From the NCBI RefSeq assembly GCF_009914755.1, contig NC_060925.1: a DNA stretch of 64,000 bases; one strand, written 5' to 3'. The stretch is from the human T2T-CHM13v2.0 reference genome, Homo sapiens. Under the pieces are notes generated by a model. It was not told the origin of the DNA, did no database searches, and saw only the letters and a program-made list of their open reading frames with translations. Made by a program: the position numbers and the translations under genes. Below are positions 36,984 to 50,399 of the stretch, piece after piece; position 1 is the first letter of the stretch, and each line of letters begins with the position of its first letter.

Positions 36984-38582
36984 CTAGACAATAAAGAAAA
37001 GGGTAGAAAAAGAAGGCACACTAAGATTAGAGATGCAAACTGCTTTGAAAGAAAACACATCATTAATTCCATTAGTGGTAAAAGTAACCACTGTAACTTT
37101 TCAAAGACAGTAAAATGAATGCCCAGTCAATCAAAGCTGCATCACAGAGGCAATTTTAAAATGTCTGAAGTACAGCTGGGAAGACTGAAGAGCTGTCATT
37201 TGTCACACCACTGAGAAGAGTCAGGATGTTGTTGCCTTAAAAGACAAAACAAAATATACCACAATAGAGCAACAAAAAGAAAACTAGGTCGGAAGAATAG
37301 AAATTCCAAGCACGTTAATTACTGACCTTGAGAGCATGATATTTTTACACAGGTTAGAAGAAGGGCAATCATGAACGATTAGCATGAGAAAAGTAACCAA
37401 AAGTTAGATAATGAATCTAGCAAGACTGTTTTATTTTTGCAATCGGCTAGTCTTCTTGGTTCCTGAGAGCATTCGGTCAAGGAAACCGGTTCAATTTTAA
37501 AGAGTTAACCCGTTTATGGATTCAGGAGAAGTAAAGGAGAGGTGAGGAACTAAATAGCACAACATGCTGGAACTAAATTTAATTCATGAATTAAAGTGAA
37601 CATAAAATGCTGGCCGTGTCTTTCCATGTGCCTTCACCTATTTTAAAATGTCTTTTCTCATATTTGAGGAAACATTAGCTAATCTTTCCATACTGTAACT
37701 AGCTATTTTTGTTACATGTGCTCCAGATTTTCCTGTTTTCTGAGCTCTTTTTCTTTTTTCTCTACCCTCTTAAATTCATCTGCAACAGTAGGGACAGAAC
37801 TCTGCAAAAAGCAGTTCCTAACTTTGTTCTAAATGGAAGTCTGACTTTTCATAGGATAGATCCATAAACGACTTCTTTAAAATTTGGAACTTGGTTTGAC
37901 TTTTTAATAATAATAATAAATAATTATGTGGTGTTTCCTGTTAGTGGTAGACAATCAGCCAAACAGCGAAGCTAACACGAATTGGTACAAGGACACAGTT
38001 AAGTAATTATGCACTGCTCTGAGCAGGGTCACCTTGCCATTTTGTTTTAAAGAACAAATATTTGCCTACGCTTTAAGTTATTGGCAAATATTATTTCGTT
38101 TCAAAGTCATTTTTATTTAACATAATGTGGAAACTGAGGTTTTACATATTCCCCAGTATGTTCAAAATGTCTGTCTTTTCTATTCATAATTTTCGTATTT
38201 TCCTGAAAACTGAACAAACTGAAATTCACTTGTATGAAGCCATAGCATCCACAAGGGTAAACCTAGCAGATATCCTCATATGAGGAAAATAAGTTACATG
38301 GGGTTCTGAAGCCACCAGCTGGCCTACGACTTACACAAGCCAACGTTTTCTATTAGTCACCATGAAAAGAATGGGAAAAAAATATGATATTAAATAATTC
38401 CCCATGGTTATGAAAGTTTTTATACTTGTATCTAAGTGATTTTAATATACTTCTTAGTTTTATGCGTTGTCTAACAATTAAATCCATGCAAGGATAACTA
38501 TTCCAGTAAAAAAAAAAAAATACAGTTTTCTCCACTAAAAACAAATGTGTATTATACATAGGCATGTCATAATATTTTATTT

Positions 38583-38613
38583 ATGTGTATATATATATGT
38601 TTGTGTATATATA

Positions 38614-38658
<45 letters not shown>
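38583..38658. repeat. (TA/TG)n microsatellite with pure (TG)16 at 38624-38656
   Basis: Read directly. Confidence 0.95.
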
Positions 38659-38659
<1 letters not shown>

Positions 38660-38728
38660 CAATTTGAATTCCATTGTCTTTAGGCAAGAATAAAAAATAC
38701 AAACAAATTACTGATGAATCTGCCCTAC

Positions 38729-38797
38729 CTTCATGGCATCAAGAGCCAGTTTCAGATTTGCCTTCTCAGTCGGATCAGTGGTATGTTTGACCAGTTC
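38729..38797 (-). CDS. VAV3: VAV3 exon 11 (69 nt): ELVKHTTDPTEKANLKLALDAMK
   Basis: ccaaatag|GAACTG...ATGAAG|gtaggg. Confidence 0.97.
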
Positions 38798-39229
38798 CTA
38801 TTTGGAAGATATGGTTTAGTACTACTTTCATCAAATTAAAACTAAGACATACTAAAGAAAACATTTTTACAAATAAACCATTATTATTGGTTTTCTCTCT
38901 ATAATGTGATAAATCTAATATGTCTGGGCTCCATTTCCATCAAAAATTTCAAACTGTAAGAAGACCAACTAGACACCAAAAAATCACGAGACACAATATG
39001 AGATATTTTCTTTTCAAAGATGAATCTGAATTCTATCCACCACCATTACACTGACATTGATCCCTATTGTTATGAAAGATTCCATAATGATTAAAATCAC
39101 ACTTTTTACTCATTTATTATTCTTGGCTTCAGCTTTTGATTCTTTTAACTGCATCCCTCCTTTCATTTCAGGGACATCAGGATGTTCTATTTGTTGTTGT
39201 TATTGCTGTTAAAATTGTTCATCTGTCCA

Positions 39230-40700
39230 TCCTAAATTTCTGCCTCCTCCTCAGTCTTTCATAGTTTCTTCTTTATCTGCTTCTTAGAAAGTTATTGTTC
39301 CTTAAGTTTTCACCCTAGTCCTCTTTTTTCCCCTGATTTTACATACTCTACAAATTCTATCACAACCACTGTCACAATGTCAACTATCACCTCATGGGCC
39401 AATTACTGTGAAATGTATGTGCTCAACCCAAAATTCACACGAGTCCCGGACTCATCCGTCCAACTAAATGGTTCTACCTCATTATTTCAAAGTCCCCTCA
39501 AATCCAACATTCCCCAAACTTAATCAATCTTCACCCAGAATCCTATTCTTGGATCCTATTTCTGTTTTATTGAATGATGGCACTTCCATCAGTGTCATCA
39601 CTTAAGCCAAAACCTAAAAGGTGTCCCAGACTTCTCCCTGTTCTCTCTCCCTCACTATGTCCTATTGATGTTAACTTTGATCCTGCCCCCTTGGAACCAT
39701 CCTCATTGCCACTAATTAGGTTCAGATCCTCACGTTTTTCAAACAGATAATTATTTGCCAAGCATGGTGACTCACACCTGTAATCCCAGCACATTTCCAG
39801 GCTGAGATGGGAGGATCACTTGAGTCCAGGAATTTGAGATCAGCCTGGGCAACATGACAAGACCCCATCTCTACAAAAAAAAATTAAAAATTAGCTGGGC
39901 AAGGTGGCATGAGCCTGTAGTCTCAGCTACTTGGGAGGCTAAGGCAGGAAGACAGCTTGAGCCCAACTGCAGTGAGCCATGACTACACCATTGCACTCTA
40001 GCTTGGGCAACAGAGAAAGACCCTCTCTTAAAACAAAAAACAACAAAACCAGGTAATCATAATGAGCTTCTGATCGGCCTTCTGACTTGCAGTCTCTCCT
40101 CACTACAGTCCAGTCACTCTATTGTCATCAGGGGTAGGTTTCTATAATATAAATCAGATCCTGTCTCTACCCTACTCAGACTTCTGTGATGCCCCACAAA
40201 AGCTTCAGGTTGTCACCCATACCTCCTAGACTCCTCATGATCTGAATTCTGCAAACTTCTCTCAATTTCTCCCTCCACTTTCACCCAGACAACTTATATT
40301 CTATTCATACTAAATTAATTGCAATTCTTAAATTATGTTCTAATATCTAATCCCATTAGAAATATTATTTTTTCTGCTTACAAAGCTCTTCCCCTCTGAT
40401 CTACTTATTGACCCCTTACTCTTCCTTTAAAGCCCAACTCAAGAGTTACTCCTCTGGGGAGTCTTCTATGACAGAGGCCTCTACTCAGGTCCCCAGCTTC
40501 CCTATACATAATTATTTAGGCCTTTAACTGTGCTGGTTCTGTACCTTACATGTACCTATCATATTGTGTTATACTTGGCAGCTTATACTTCATTTTTCCT
40601 TTCTAAATTATGAGCTTTATCCGAGTAGGGTCTGTCGTATATCACGAGTGCCTAATACTATGTTTGGCACAGAGAAGCCATACAAAAATCTTTAATGAAT
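39230..40700 (+). mobile_element. L2 remnant, interrupted by AluJ
   Basis: ccctcaaatccaacattccccaaact, aagcccaactcaagagttacctcctctggggagtcttc, L2-type terminus. Confidence 0.6.
39757..40048 (+). mobile_element. AluJ with a short internal deletion in the right arm
   Basis: gggaggatcacttgagtccagga...gcaacatgacaagacccc diagnostics. Confidence 0.9.
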
Positions 40701-42251
40701 CCAATACTACCAGTGTTTCTGCTATAAACAAGAACTTAAAGACAGAATCTATTAAGTATAATAAATCCATAAAAATTCTATTCTTTTATTCCTTAAAAGT
40801 TACTTTTACTTCATTAAATAAAAGTCATGTTATTAAAGTTCCCAATCACCCACTATAAAATATTCTCACTTTGTGAATCTGTGGTTTCAAATCATCAAGC
40901 ATTTCAAGTGATTTCGCCACTAAAGTATAGTAGTAAGTAAAAAAGTCTAAACTGATAACCACATTTGTTCAACAAATTTCTAGACAACAAATAAATTTTA
41001 CTCCATAGAATTTTGAGAGGGAAAAACATTTCTAGAATTTTTACCTATGTGTAGTATCCAAATAAAACTTTCCCTATTTTAAAAAGTCATCATGGAACTA
41101 AACATACTCTTAAAATTTTAAATATAAAACAACCCAAGGGAAATTAGGGGGAACAGTTTACTAAATTTCAAAAAAGTATAGTTGTATTTTATACTTTTAT
41201 AAGTCTGTGTAAAACCCTGTAAGGACCAAAATAGGTATTTTTTTAAAAAGCTGTACCTTCTAAATTCTTCAATCGATACTTGACTACACCAAAGTTACAA
41301 AATAAATTATTACCTTATTTTGGACATGTATTTAGTTCCAGGATGCCTTGGAAACTGATTGCCTGAGTCGTCCTTATTATTTTTTCATAAAATCCAATTT
41401 GACTAAGTTGCTTTGAGTTTAGGTCTCATAAATGTTTTAATGCATTTTTAAGGAATAATCAGGGTTTGAATTTTTCTGATTTCTCAGTAGAACAAAAATA
41501 GAGATGACTAATAATTTTGCAGCTACAGTTCAAGAAATTTAATATACAAGATATACAAAGCACAGCCGACGCAAAATTGTATTTCACATACAGGTAGTAG
41601 ATCTTTTTAAAATGACATTTCACAAGCATCAGCAGAGTTGACAGACTAATACACTAAGACATTTCTTTGGAGCAGAACTAATGAGTCTCCTGGTATAGCT
41701 ATCAAATTAAATTTATAAGACTCTCCACCCTCATTTAGAAGACTAACCGTGGAAACCATAGCTTTGTGGGCTATAACAAGAATCACTTCAAAATAAATGT
41801 AGTCTTATTATAATTTAGTATAGTAGAAAGCAATATGGAATGTCACACAATTCTCTTTGGCTTACTGTTACAAGGGAAGAGGTCTAATATGATTAATCTG
41901 CCAAAATTCAAGTGCACTGCAATATTGAGGTGCTCATAAATAAATACTGATAACTACAGAAGACTTGGTTGAAAAAATATTTTTATTTGTTTTGACTTGT
42001 TTTTAATTATTTTCTAGCCAGTCCTGTTTTAAGGACACAAAATGTGATTTATGGCAGCTACTGACCATCTCTGCTAAAAGGAAGAAAAAATGTCCAGCTG
42101 TTCTGTTATTTCCCACTTAACTATAATAATAATTCAAAATTTTAAGGTGATTGGGCCCAACACATGGAATATCTGCAATGTAGTTGATGCTTCATTAATA
42201 TTTTGTTGAGTGAATAAATGGACAATAAATAAACTGTTTTAAGTTACATAC

Positions 42252-42347
42252 CTGGAGGAGAAGGTGGTACTTTAAAACACGTTGCATAGGAACCACAAGC
42301 AAGTCTCGAAGAGTAAATTTCCCATTATTTGCTCTTTTGGAACATTC
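42252..42347 (-). CDS. VAV3: VAV3 exon 10 (96 nt): [32 protein letters not shown] (DH conserved region 3)
   Basis: ttcattag|GAATGT...CTCCAG|gtatgt; [12 protein letters not shown] Dbl-homology motif. Confidence 0.97.
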
Positions 42348-42575
42348 CTAATGAAATGTTTTAAAAACACTTTGTTAGGGAGTCATAAACATTAAAAGAT
42401 GCAAAGGCCCTAGGCAGAACAGTTATTATACAATAAATGAGTGCGTTTGTTTCCTTAACAATCCTTCTCTGTAAATAACAGAAAGTATCTTCAATTTAAA
42501 AAAACAAATCTTGTAGTACTTTAACTCTAAATATGAATAAAAGAGAACTATTTTGTGTATGAAAATTATTTTCTT

Positions 42576-42889
42576 GGCCGGGCGCGGTGGCTCACGCCTG
42601 TAATCCCAGCACTTTGGGAGGCCGAGGCGGGCAGATCACAAGGTCAGGAGATCAAGACCATCCTGGCTAACATGGTGAAACCCCATCTCTACTGAAAATA
42701 CAAAAACAAAATTAGCCGGTCATGGTGGCAGGTGCCTGTAGTCCCAGCTACTCAGAAGGCTGAGGCAGGAGAATGGAGTGAACCCGGGAGGCGGAGCTTG
42801 CAGTGAGCTGAGATGGTGTCACTGCACTCCAGCCTGGGTGACAGAGTGAGACTCCGTCTCAAAAAAAAAAAAAAAAGAAAAAAGAAAAA
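42576..42889 (+). mobile_element. AluY
   Basis: gagatcaagaccatcctggctaac, gagaatggagtgaacccggg, gagcttgcag; TSD GAAAATTATTTTCT at 42561-42574 and 42890-42903. Confidence 0.95.
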
Positions 42890-45800
42890 GAAAATTATTT
42901 TCTCTAGTGCAAAATCATGGCCCCCCAGGGTCTTCTTCAGTTTATCTTTATCGCTGTACTTCCCACCAATTTCCCCCAGTGGACTTATAGAACAGGCATC
43001 AAGAACACATCCCTACTCATCAAAAGTGTCAATAGTCTTCCCACCCTCAACTATGGTTTATTCAGTTCCCTCAACTATGATGTGCTTTGTCCAGCCTCCA
43101 GCAAAATACATCTTCCTGTTTAAGAACTACAATCCTAGGCCTTTCGTAACAATTACAATCACAATTGGGTGTACTCTCTCTCTGTCTTGTGGGTCTTTTA
43201 ATTATTATCATATGTAATATCTACTCCAATATGATTTGTGCTGTATGCCCCTAAGAATGTAGTATTTGCTTAATAAGTATTTACTGAACTGAATGAAATG
43301 GAATATTTGACTTTAAAACTTTGCTCAAGTATAAACCTACTACTAAACTCCAAGATTTAGAAGCCTTGGATTGTATTTAATTTCACCCTCTTCTTTCCTA
43401 AAGGTTTATTTTAAAATAGTATTGACTGGTTTGTTCTTTTGATAATAATTATGACTTTGAGTAAATTACTTTGAAGTGTCAAAGAATGAACTTAAAGCCA
43501 AGATTTGGCAACTGTTGGCGGTGTGACCTTGGACAAGTCACTTTTCTGATTTTACTGTTTCTCACGTAACTATGGTGTTCTTCAAAAAAAAAAAAAAAAG
43601 GGCCATACAAATATTATTATTAGTGAGCAACCTCATAAGTCCAAAATCCTGACACAATTGCACATCCCAGCACAAGGACCTTTCCAGTTCATAGATGGAG
43701 TTGTGCTTAAGAAAATACACTTTTGCTCACAAGTTTGTTTCTTCTTTGCCCACACTTAGTTTTTCTGGCACATGGAATGATATATTATGAGGAGCTCCAA
43801 AAAAACACCATTAACTCTAATGATCCGTGACTTAATGAGTATGTTTGTCTACAGCTATCAGTCAAAATGAATTGGGGACACATCCTGACATGCTAGCTGT
43901 GTCATCAATTACTGCAGTTCATTAGAAGGATAACTATTTCAACCAGTTTCTTACTTCTACAGATTGTAGAGAGCTCTGGATCATGGGTCTCAAACAGGAA
44001 GTTACATTGTTAATATTACTATAATTAGTAGGTCTTATCTCCTCTGCTGCATTTTAAGGCCCTTGGAATTAAGGTTGTAGCTTATATTTCTTATGTTATG
44101 CCATCCCAACACAGTGGTAGGAACAGAAATATTATATATTTAAAATTCACTATATTATGGAAATTAGTTTCAAAATGTTGAAGAAAAAAAGTCAGTTCCT
44201 TTACATTCTAAGTTACAGGCTCAGGAAGTAAAGAAACCAACATTGCTGGAATTAGCTACACCTGGGAGATAGAGACTCAAATGTAAAATGCTTATTCGTG
44301 TTGAAAGTAAATAATGGGTAGAAAGAATCCTTCCAAAACATCCAGTCACTTGCTTAGCCTCAATTCAATTGTAATGGAAAATAAAATGAGGTAGGATGAG
44401 CCAGGCTGATAGGGCAAGATAAAGAGATTCATCGCCCTTCACCCCATGTTATCTTGGTTCCAAAGTAGAGAAGAAAAAGACAAAAAACTCAACAAGAACA
44501 AAAATAACCACAAAACAGAAGACACAAAGAAGGCAGAAAGACACCAAGAATAAGGTAGTTTTCCTTCTATCATGCTGGGGCTTGCGGCACGCAGCTCCCA
44601 CTGAGTATTTGTTGAAGTGTTACACTAAGTATCCGACTTAATACTTCCAAATCAGGACTATGGTTAGAAGTGTGGGCTTTTAAGCTGAAGAAAGGACAGC
44701 AGGGGCACCTCACCCTGTGCCTTTCAAACTCAGCCTGATGTCCTCTCTTTCCCTAAGTCGAGCATTGACTGCAAAAACTACATACTTAGAGTCCCAGAGT
44801 ATGGTCATTGGGCAAAACTTTGACAATAACTCTGAAAGAAGGAAGAACAACACTCAAACAAGACTGAGAATATAATGGAGGTGTGATTGACAACTTGCTG
44901 ACTACTATCTGGGAGCACAATTTTATATCTTTATTTTAAGAAAAACTGCTTTAATGTTGCCCTACTAGGAAGTAGGTGTATAAGTTGTAAAATTTAATTT
45001 TATCATCATATTTTGAGTCACAGTGGCTCCCAGCTCTACACTTAGGAGGCTCTATTCTGCAAAGAGGAGCAGGAAGTCTTTGCACTAACAATGTTACAAG
45101 GATGTTATTTAGGGGTGACTCAAACTACCTCCAGTCTTAAAGTCAACATAATGAAGGAATATTAAGATATAAAGCAAAAAGATCACGTATCTAGTACAGT
45201 TACTTGGTGGCCTGTTAACGTGCAAACTGTCTAAGCAATAGTTTCCCTTTGTGGGAGTTGTGAGCTATGAAATCATGCCAGAGAGGCAAAACAGTGAAGG
45301 GCTTCTGATTTGAAAATCACCTGCCCCTTCTCCCCTGACCTCAGTGCTACACTGAACAAAGAAAAGGAAAAGGGATATTAAACAGGCATATAAGCCACAC
45401 GCTGTTAAATTTAAGAGCTGGCTATATATCTCTACCTGAAATTTAATAAAATTCAAAATACATGGATAATACAGTGACTGATACAACAAACATTGTTCAA
45501 AAGTTCTTTGAAAGCATGAAGTCCTCGAACTCCTCTTCAGGAAAAAAAAAACAAAAAACAAAAAACAAAACAAAAAAAAAAACATGATGTACAAAAAAAC
45601 AGGACTTAACCTAGGTTTCTAGACTTATATACTGTTGTGATCATGCACTCTGTTTATATCGGCCTACGTGCCACCTCTCAAACTTTCCCAACTGTTCTGG
45701 TCAATACATACCAATTGTTCAGGAATGCTCTCCATAGAATCTCATCTGTCAAAGCTCATCCCATTCTTTGGTGACCTAACTCAAATGCTGCCTCTTCAGA

Positions 45801-45986
45801 TGAATCCTCTACAATCTACCCACACTGAAGTGGGTAGATTCAGTCTTACAGAGCCCTATTATACAGTGCTTATCACATGTTATTTAATCCTACCATATTT
45901 GTGTTCGTCTTCTCTTCCTTCCTGTGGGCAATATGCATGGCCTTTTAATACATCTGATTCTAAATGTCATATTTTTAGTAAACATC

Positions 45987-46155
45987 TTTTTTATTTTGTT
46001 TTTGATACAGGGTCTTGCTTTGCCACCCTGGCTGGAGTGCAATGGTGCAACCATAGCTCACTGCAGCTTCAAACTCTCGGGCTCAAGTGCATACTCCTTG
46101 GCCTCAACTTCTCAGGTAGCTAGAACTACAGGCATGAGCCACCCTGCCCAGCTAA
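45987..46155 (-). mobile_element. Alu right-arm monomer (FRAM or truncated AluJ)
   Basis: Single arm; TSD tagtaaacat at 45976-45985 and 46157-46166. Confidence 0.85.
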
Positions 46156-46541
46156 CTAGTAAACATTTTAAATCTACATATACATTATCTAACGTATCTC
46201 ACTCGTCCTGCACTTCTTACTATCTACGCAAGTTATTCATAATCTCTCTGAACTTCAGCTTTCTCATAAGATGAGAAAATTAATTGTACCTATTTCACAG
46301 AGTCAGAAGGACCTAATGAGATAATGCATGTAAAACACAGGGCCATAAATGTTAGATTTTTAACGACTGTTACTATTACTACCATATTACTATTTTATAG
46401 AGCTGTTTAAATATTTTATAAAATTGACATGAAATTATATTTAAAATAATGGGAAATGTACTGCTTCACTGATCATAAAGAGGAATACATTGCTTTTAGG
46501 TTTATTTTGCTTTATGTCATAAACTAAAAATAAATAGGCAC

Positions 46542-46641
46542 CTCTAATTTCAGTTTGACATCTTCTTTTGACTTAGAAATGTAGTCTAAACTAGAGATGG
46601 CTGACTCCACTCCACTGCAGTACTGCCCGTAAATAACCAAT
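46542..46641 (-). CDS. VAV3: VAV3 exon 9 (100 nt): LVIYGQYCSGVESAISSLDYISKSKEDVKLKLE
   Basis: ccctttcag|ATTGGTT...TTAGAG|gtgcct. Confidence 0.97.
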
Positions 46642-47912
46642 CTGAAAGGGAAAAAAGACAAGAAATCTCTAAGACAAAAACCAAGAATGAACTGGAGGGG
46701 GAAACAAGCAGAATCTTCATCTCTTTAAAACCATTGTTAGGGATAACCAAAATAGCAGTAGAAATTATTTTTAATACATACCACATACACAGTCATAGAA
46801 TAAGGGTCACTCATTTTTATAGTAATGACTAATTTGTAGTTCCAACTTTGAATGAGATTAATTCTATGTAAATTTTTATAGCAGGCAGAATTTACAAACT
46901 GGCTTGATGACTGTTAATGTTATTTGAGTAGACATAAATGCATTCCAAAAACAAAATTAAAAATTTCTGTTAAAGCTCTTACAAGAGATAAACTTTGTCT
47001 CTAAACACTCAGAAAGTTTTCTCTATTACAATTTTATGCCAATCACTACATATAACTCCTTCATTATTAAACCTCTTACTCCTTGCTACTTTTTAATTAA
47101 GGAACATAAATCATCTGAAGAGAGGAAAACGAGAGACCTGAACTGTTCTGGACAGAAGATAACTCATATCACATGGAATCTGACCCACTTCAGGGAAGGT
47201 ATCTCTGTAGCACAAATATTTTGCAAAGAGGTCAGTTGGTTTATTGCTTCTCTTAACTCTCCACTGGAAAAAAGACACTACTAATAAAATGTGAATATTT
47301 ATCGAAGACTTGATGCAAAGTAATTCATTAGCCACTTCTTAGTACTAGGAAATACGTTGCTTGATTTGAAAAGAGAGATAATTATATTTTAAGCAAAATT
47401 TCTTGATACTCCAATTCCTATAGGTTGTCAGGAGATTTTTTTTTAACTTAGAAAGGGAAACTGACTCTGCGAATCTAATACTCCAAAATAGAGTGTCATA
47501 AAATACCAGAATTGGAAGAAAAGTGGAAGAAGCATTAAGTACCAGCTAATCTACCTCCGGTGTTTACAGATGGGGACACAGAGGCTCAGAGAGTTAAAAT
47601 GACTTACTGAAGATTACATCGCTCAGTAATGATAAAGCCTGTAAAAGAAACTTAGCCTTTTGATTTGCGATGCAAAAAAATAAGCACCATACTGGGTCCT
47701 TCCCCCTCCTCCTTCTTCTTCTTCTTTTTTTCTTTTTTAATTACATATATAGAACTCAAACTACTACTCTGAAAGTAATTGTCCCACGTTCTAATTACTG
47801 CTCAGGTAGTAATGTAATAAACAGCAGTAATAGCTATTTGTTAGCTATTTTAATACTAATCCTCACTATAATTACAAGCTAAGACCCACAAAACTTAAAC
47901 TTCAAAAGTTAC

Positions 47913-48016
47913 CTTTCCTTGTAGTTAATAAAAACTTGGTACAAGTTCTGGTCATTTTTATTTACAATGGAATCATGAATCTCTTGCATTAGGTTCCGAT
48001 GAAGTTTTACAAGTTC
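47913..48016 (-). CDS. VAV3: VAV3 exon 8 (104 nt): ELVKLHRNLMQEIHDSIVNKNDQNLYQVFINYKER
   Basis: ttttcttag|GAACTT...AAGGAAAG|gtaact. Confidence 0.97.
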
Positions 48017-48157
48017 CTAAGAAAAGAAAACAATGTGAAAGGAAAGTAGGAATAACAACCAAAAAATACACCCCAAACCCAGAATCCTTTTAGTTGCTAG
48101 ACTTGCCACTCAGGATATGCTGAATGCTCTCAATATATAAAACTGCTTCCACCAATA

Positions 48158-48325
48158 AAGAGAGAGGGAAAAGGAGAGTGGGGAGAGAAAGGGGGAGGAA
48201 GGGGAGGAAGCAGCGGGAGAGGACAGGGTAGAAGAGGAGGAGGGAGAGCAGGGGAAGGAAAGGAGAAAAAAGAAGGAAGATAAGGGGAAGGCAGAGGAGA
48301 GGGAGGAGAAGAGAAGGAGACAGGC
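48158..48325. repeat. GA-rich low-complexity polypurine tract
   Basis: Almost purely A/G over ~165 bp. Confidence 0.9.
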
Positions 48326-49906
48326 CATGCAGATGGGAAACAGCAATTTCAGATCTCAGTTGAAATGTCAGCATCCTGTGAAAAAAGAAATTATCTCACT
48401 AGTTATTAAAGGATAATTTATTCCTTGTGTAAAAATATGTATAGCTTATTTTTGTTTTATAATCACTGTAAATTTTTTAAATAAAACTGTCCAAGTGCCT
48501 AATGTTTTATTGACAGGATAAAATAATGACTCATGTCCTTGTGACACAAACATGTAAATTTGTACTTTGGTCAATTAGTGGTGTCCTGGTGCTAAGCTAA
48601 CAATAATCAGACTAAATTACTTGAAATCAGGCAACTAATGGCATAAATAAGGAGCAAATAAATTGTATTCGACAGTTTACCAGAGCAACTCAAAATGTCA
48701 GAATTTCACATTTTTCCCGATAAGCAACTAATTTTCAGTCAGGCAGTAAATACATGTCATAGCCAGGATATGAGGCAACTTGAACTAGGTGCCAATTCTC
48801 CCATTATCTCATCCTGTGTACCTTGGAGCACACATTGACTCCACAGCATGCTCTCTCCTTAGTGGTGTAGAAAGTAAACATGAAGATGTGGGCTCTAAGT
48901 TATAAAGACCATACTTAAGTGGTTCAAGATCCTTATCTTCCCCAAATGTGCAGTTTATTTAGTGCTAAACCTTCAGCTGATATTGTGCATGTTATAAATC
49001 AACAAGAATGTCCTCATTCGGCCAAAATCAGGGACAAGGATGACATGCCATTGCTTACCAACTGCTACTCAGCAACACAGAACACAATAGAATCAAAACA
49101 CAAAGAACTGTTCAGGTAATACAAGCAGGTCTGTGCATAAAAGCTTATATACATTTATCAGTGTATGTGTACATGCGTGCATGGGGGTGGGGATGTATAA
49201 ACCAAAGCAAGTCCTAGAGGTCTGAGAACTTGAATCTTGCCTAGCATTACCTCACTTGGCATGACATTTAGCTTGCTTCTAGATTTCTGGGCAAATATCC
49301 TTTTAAGATTGTAAGATTCTGGTAAGGTGCCCTGAAACTTGAAATGCTTACATAAATGTAAACGAAAAATATCTCCTCAAATTTTACAATTAAAATAGTC
49401 TGGTAAATCATAAGGAAGTAGGGTATTTCATAAATGGGAGTTACATATGATACAACTGGAAGTAGAAAGCACCAAATAGTAGAAGTCAAAGATGTGGAGG
49501 AATGGAGGAAAGTAGGGGAAACTGATATGGTGAGGACATCACCTACAAGACAAGGTCTGAGGGTCTGGAAGAGCAACAGAGCTCCGCAGGGAAGTGTGGG
49601 GATGGAAGTGGATCCCCAGATTATTTGAGACTACCTCTTCATGACAAAGAGTTAAGAATAACACATGAAAGTTATTTTTCCATTTGTGTTCTTCGTACAT
49701 GTTGACTGACTTTTGGTTGAAGATATGATACATCAGTTATTTCAAGAAAATAAGGATATAAAAACTGGAAAAGCAAAAAATAAATAAATAAGGCCAATAT
49801 TCTTAAATAATACAAAAGAGTATTAAAATAGGGATCTGGAACCCCCTAAGGAAATGAAGATTTTATTGAAGTACACCACAATTTTAGCTAGCATATTTTT
49901 ACTCAC

Positions 49907-49975
49907 AGGAATGTTGATGAATACTGAATCAAATTCTGCTGCTGTCAGAAATCTTTTTAGTGGTGCCATGAAATA
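49907..49975 (-). CDS. VAV3: VAV3 exon 7 (69 nt): YFMAPLKRFLTAAEFDSVFINIP
   Basis: cctggtag|TATTTC...ATTCCT|gtgagt. Confidence 0.97.
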
Positions 49976-50399
49976 CTACCAGGAAAGAAGAAGAAAATAG
50001 TAATTAAGTATAACTTGTCCTAATCTATATAATAGTTTTTCATCAACAAACAACAAATACGTTTTGAAAGTCAATTGTTGATCAGCATTATAAACACCAA
50101 AATTGTAGAAACTATTTTCTCTAACTTAAAGACTTTACACTTGAATAGATATATAAAAACATAAATACGAGCTAATATTAATACATTTAAAGTATAAAAT
50201 AAAATGGTTTAGACAATAAATGCTTCCAAAAGGAAGGAAGAAAAGAACATTATTGTCTGAGTTGCCAAAAAATGGCAACATTTTGGAGATGTATATGAAG
50301 ACTTACACAGTAATATCTCCCAAATGTTTTGTGGAGATTCTAGATCCCTGAGATCAATAATCTATGTATGCAATTTATGAATTATTCCTTGAGAATTTT

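Noticed and set aside
48090-48374. Leu/Ser/Pro-rich ORFs resembling membrane peptides
   Set aside because: Product of the CT-rich low-complexity tract
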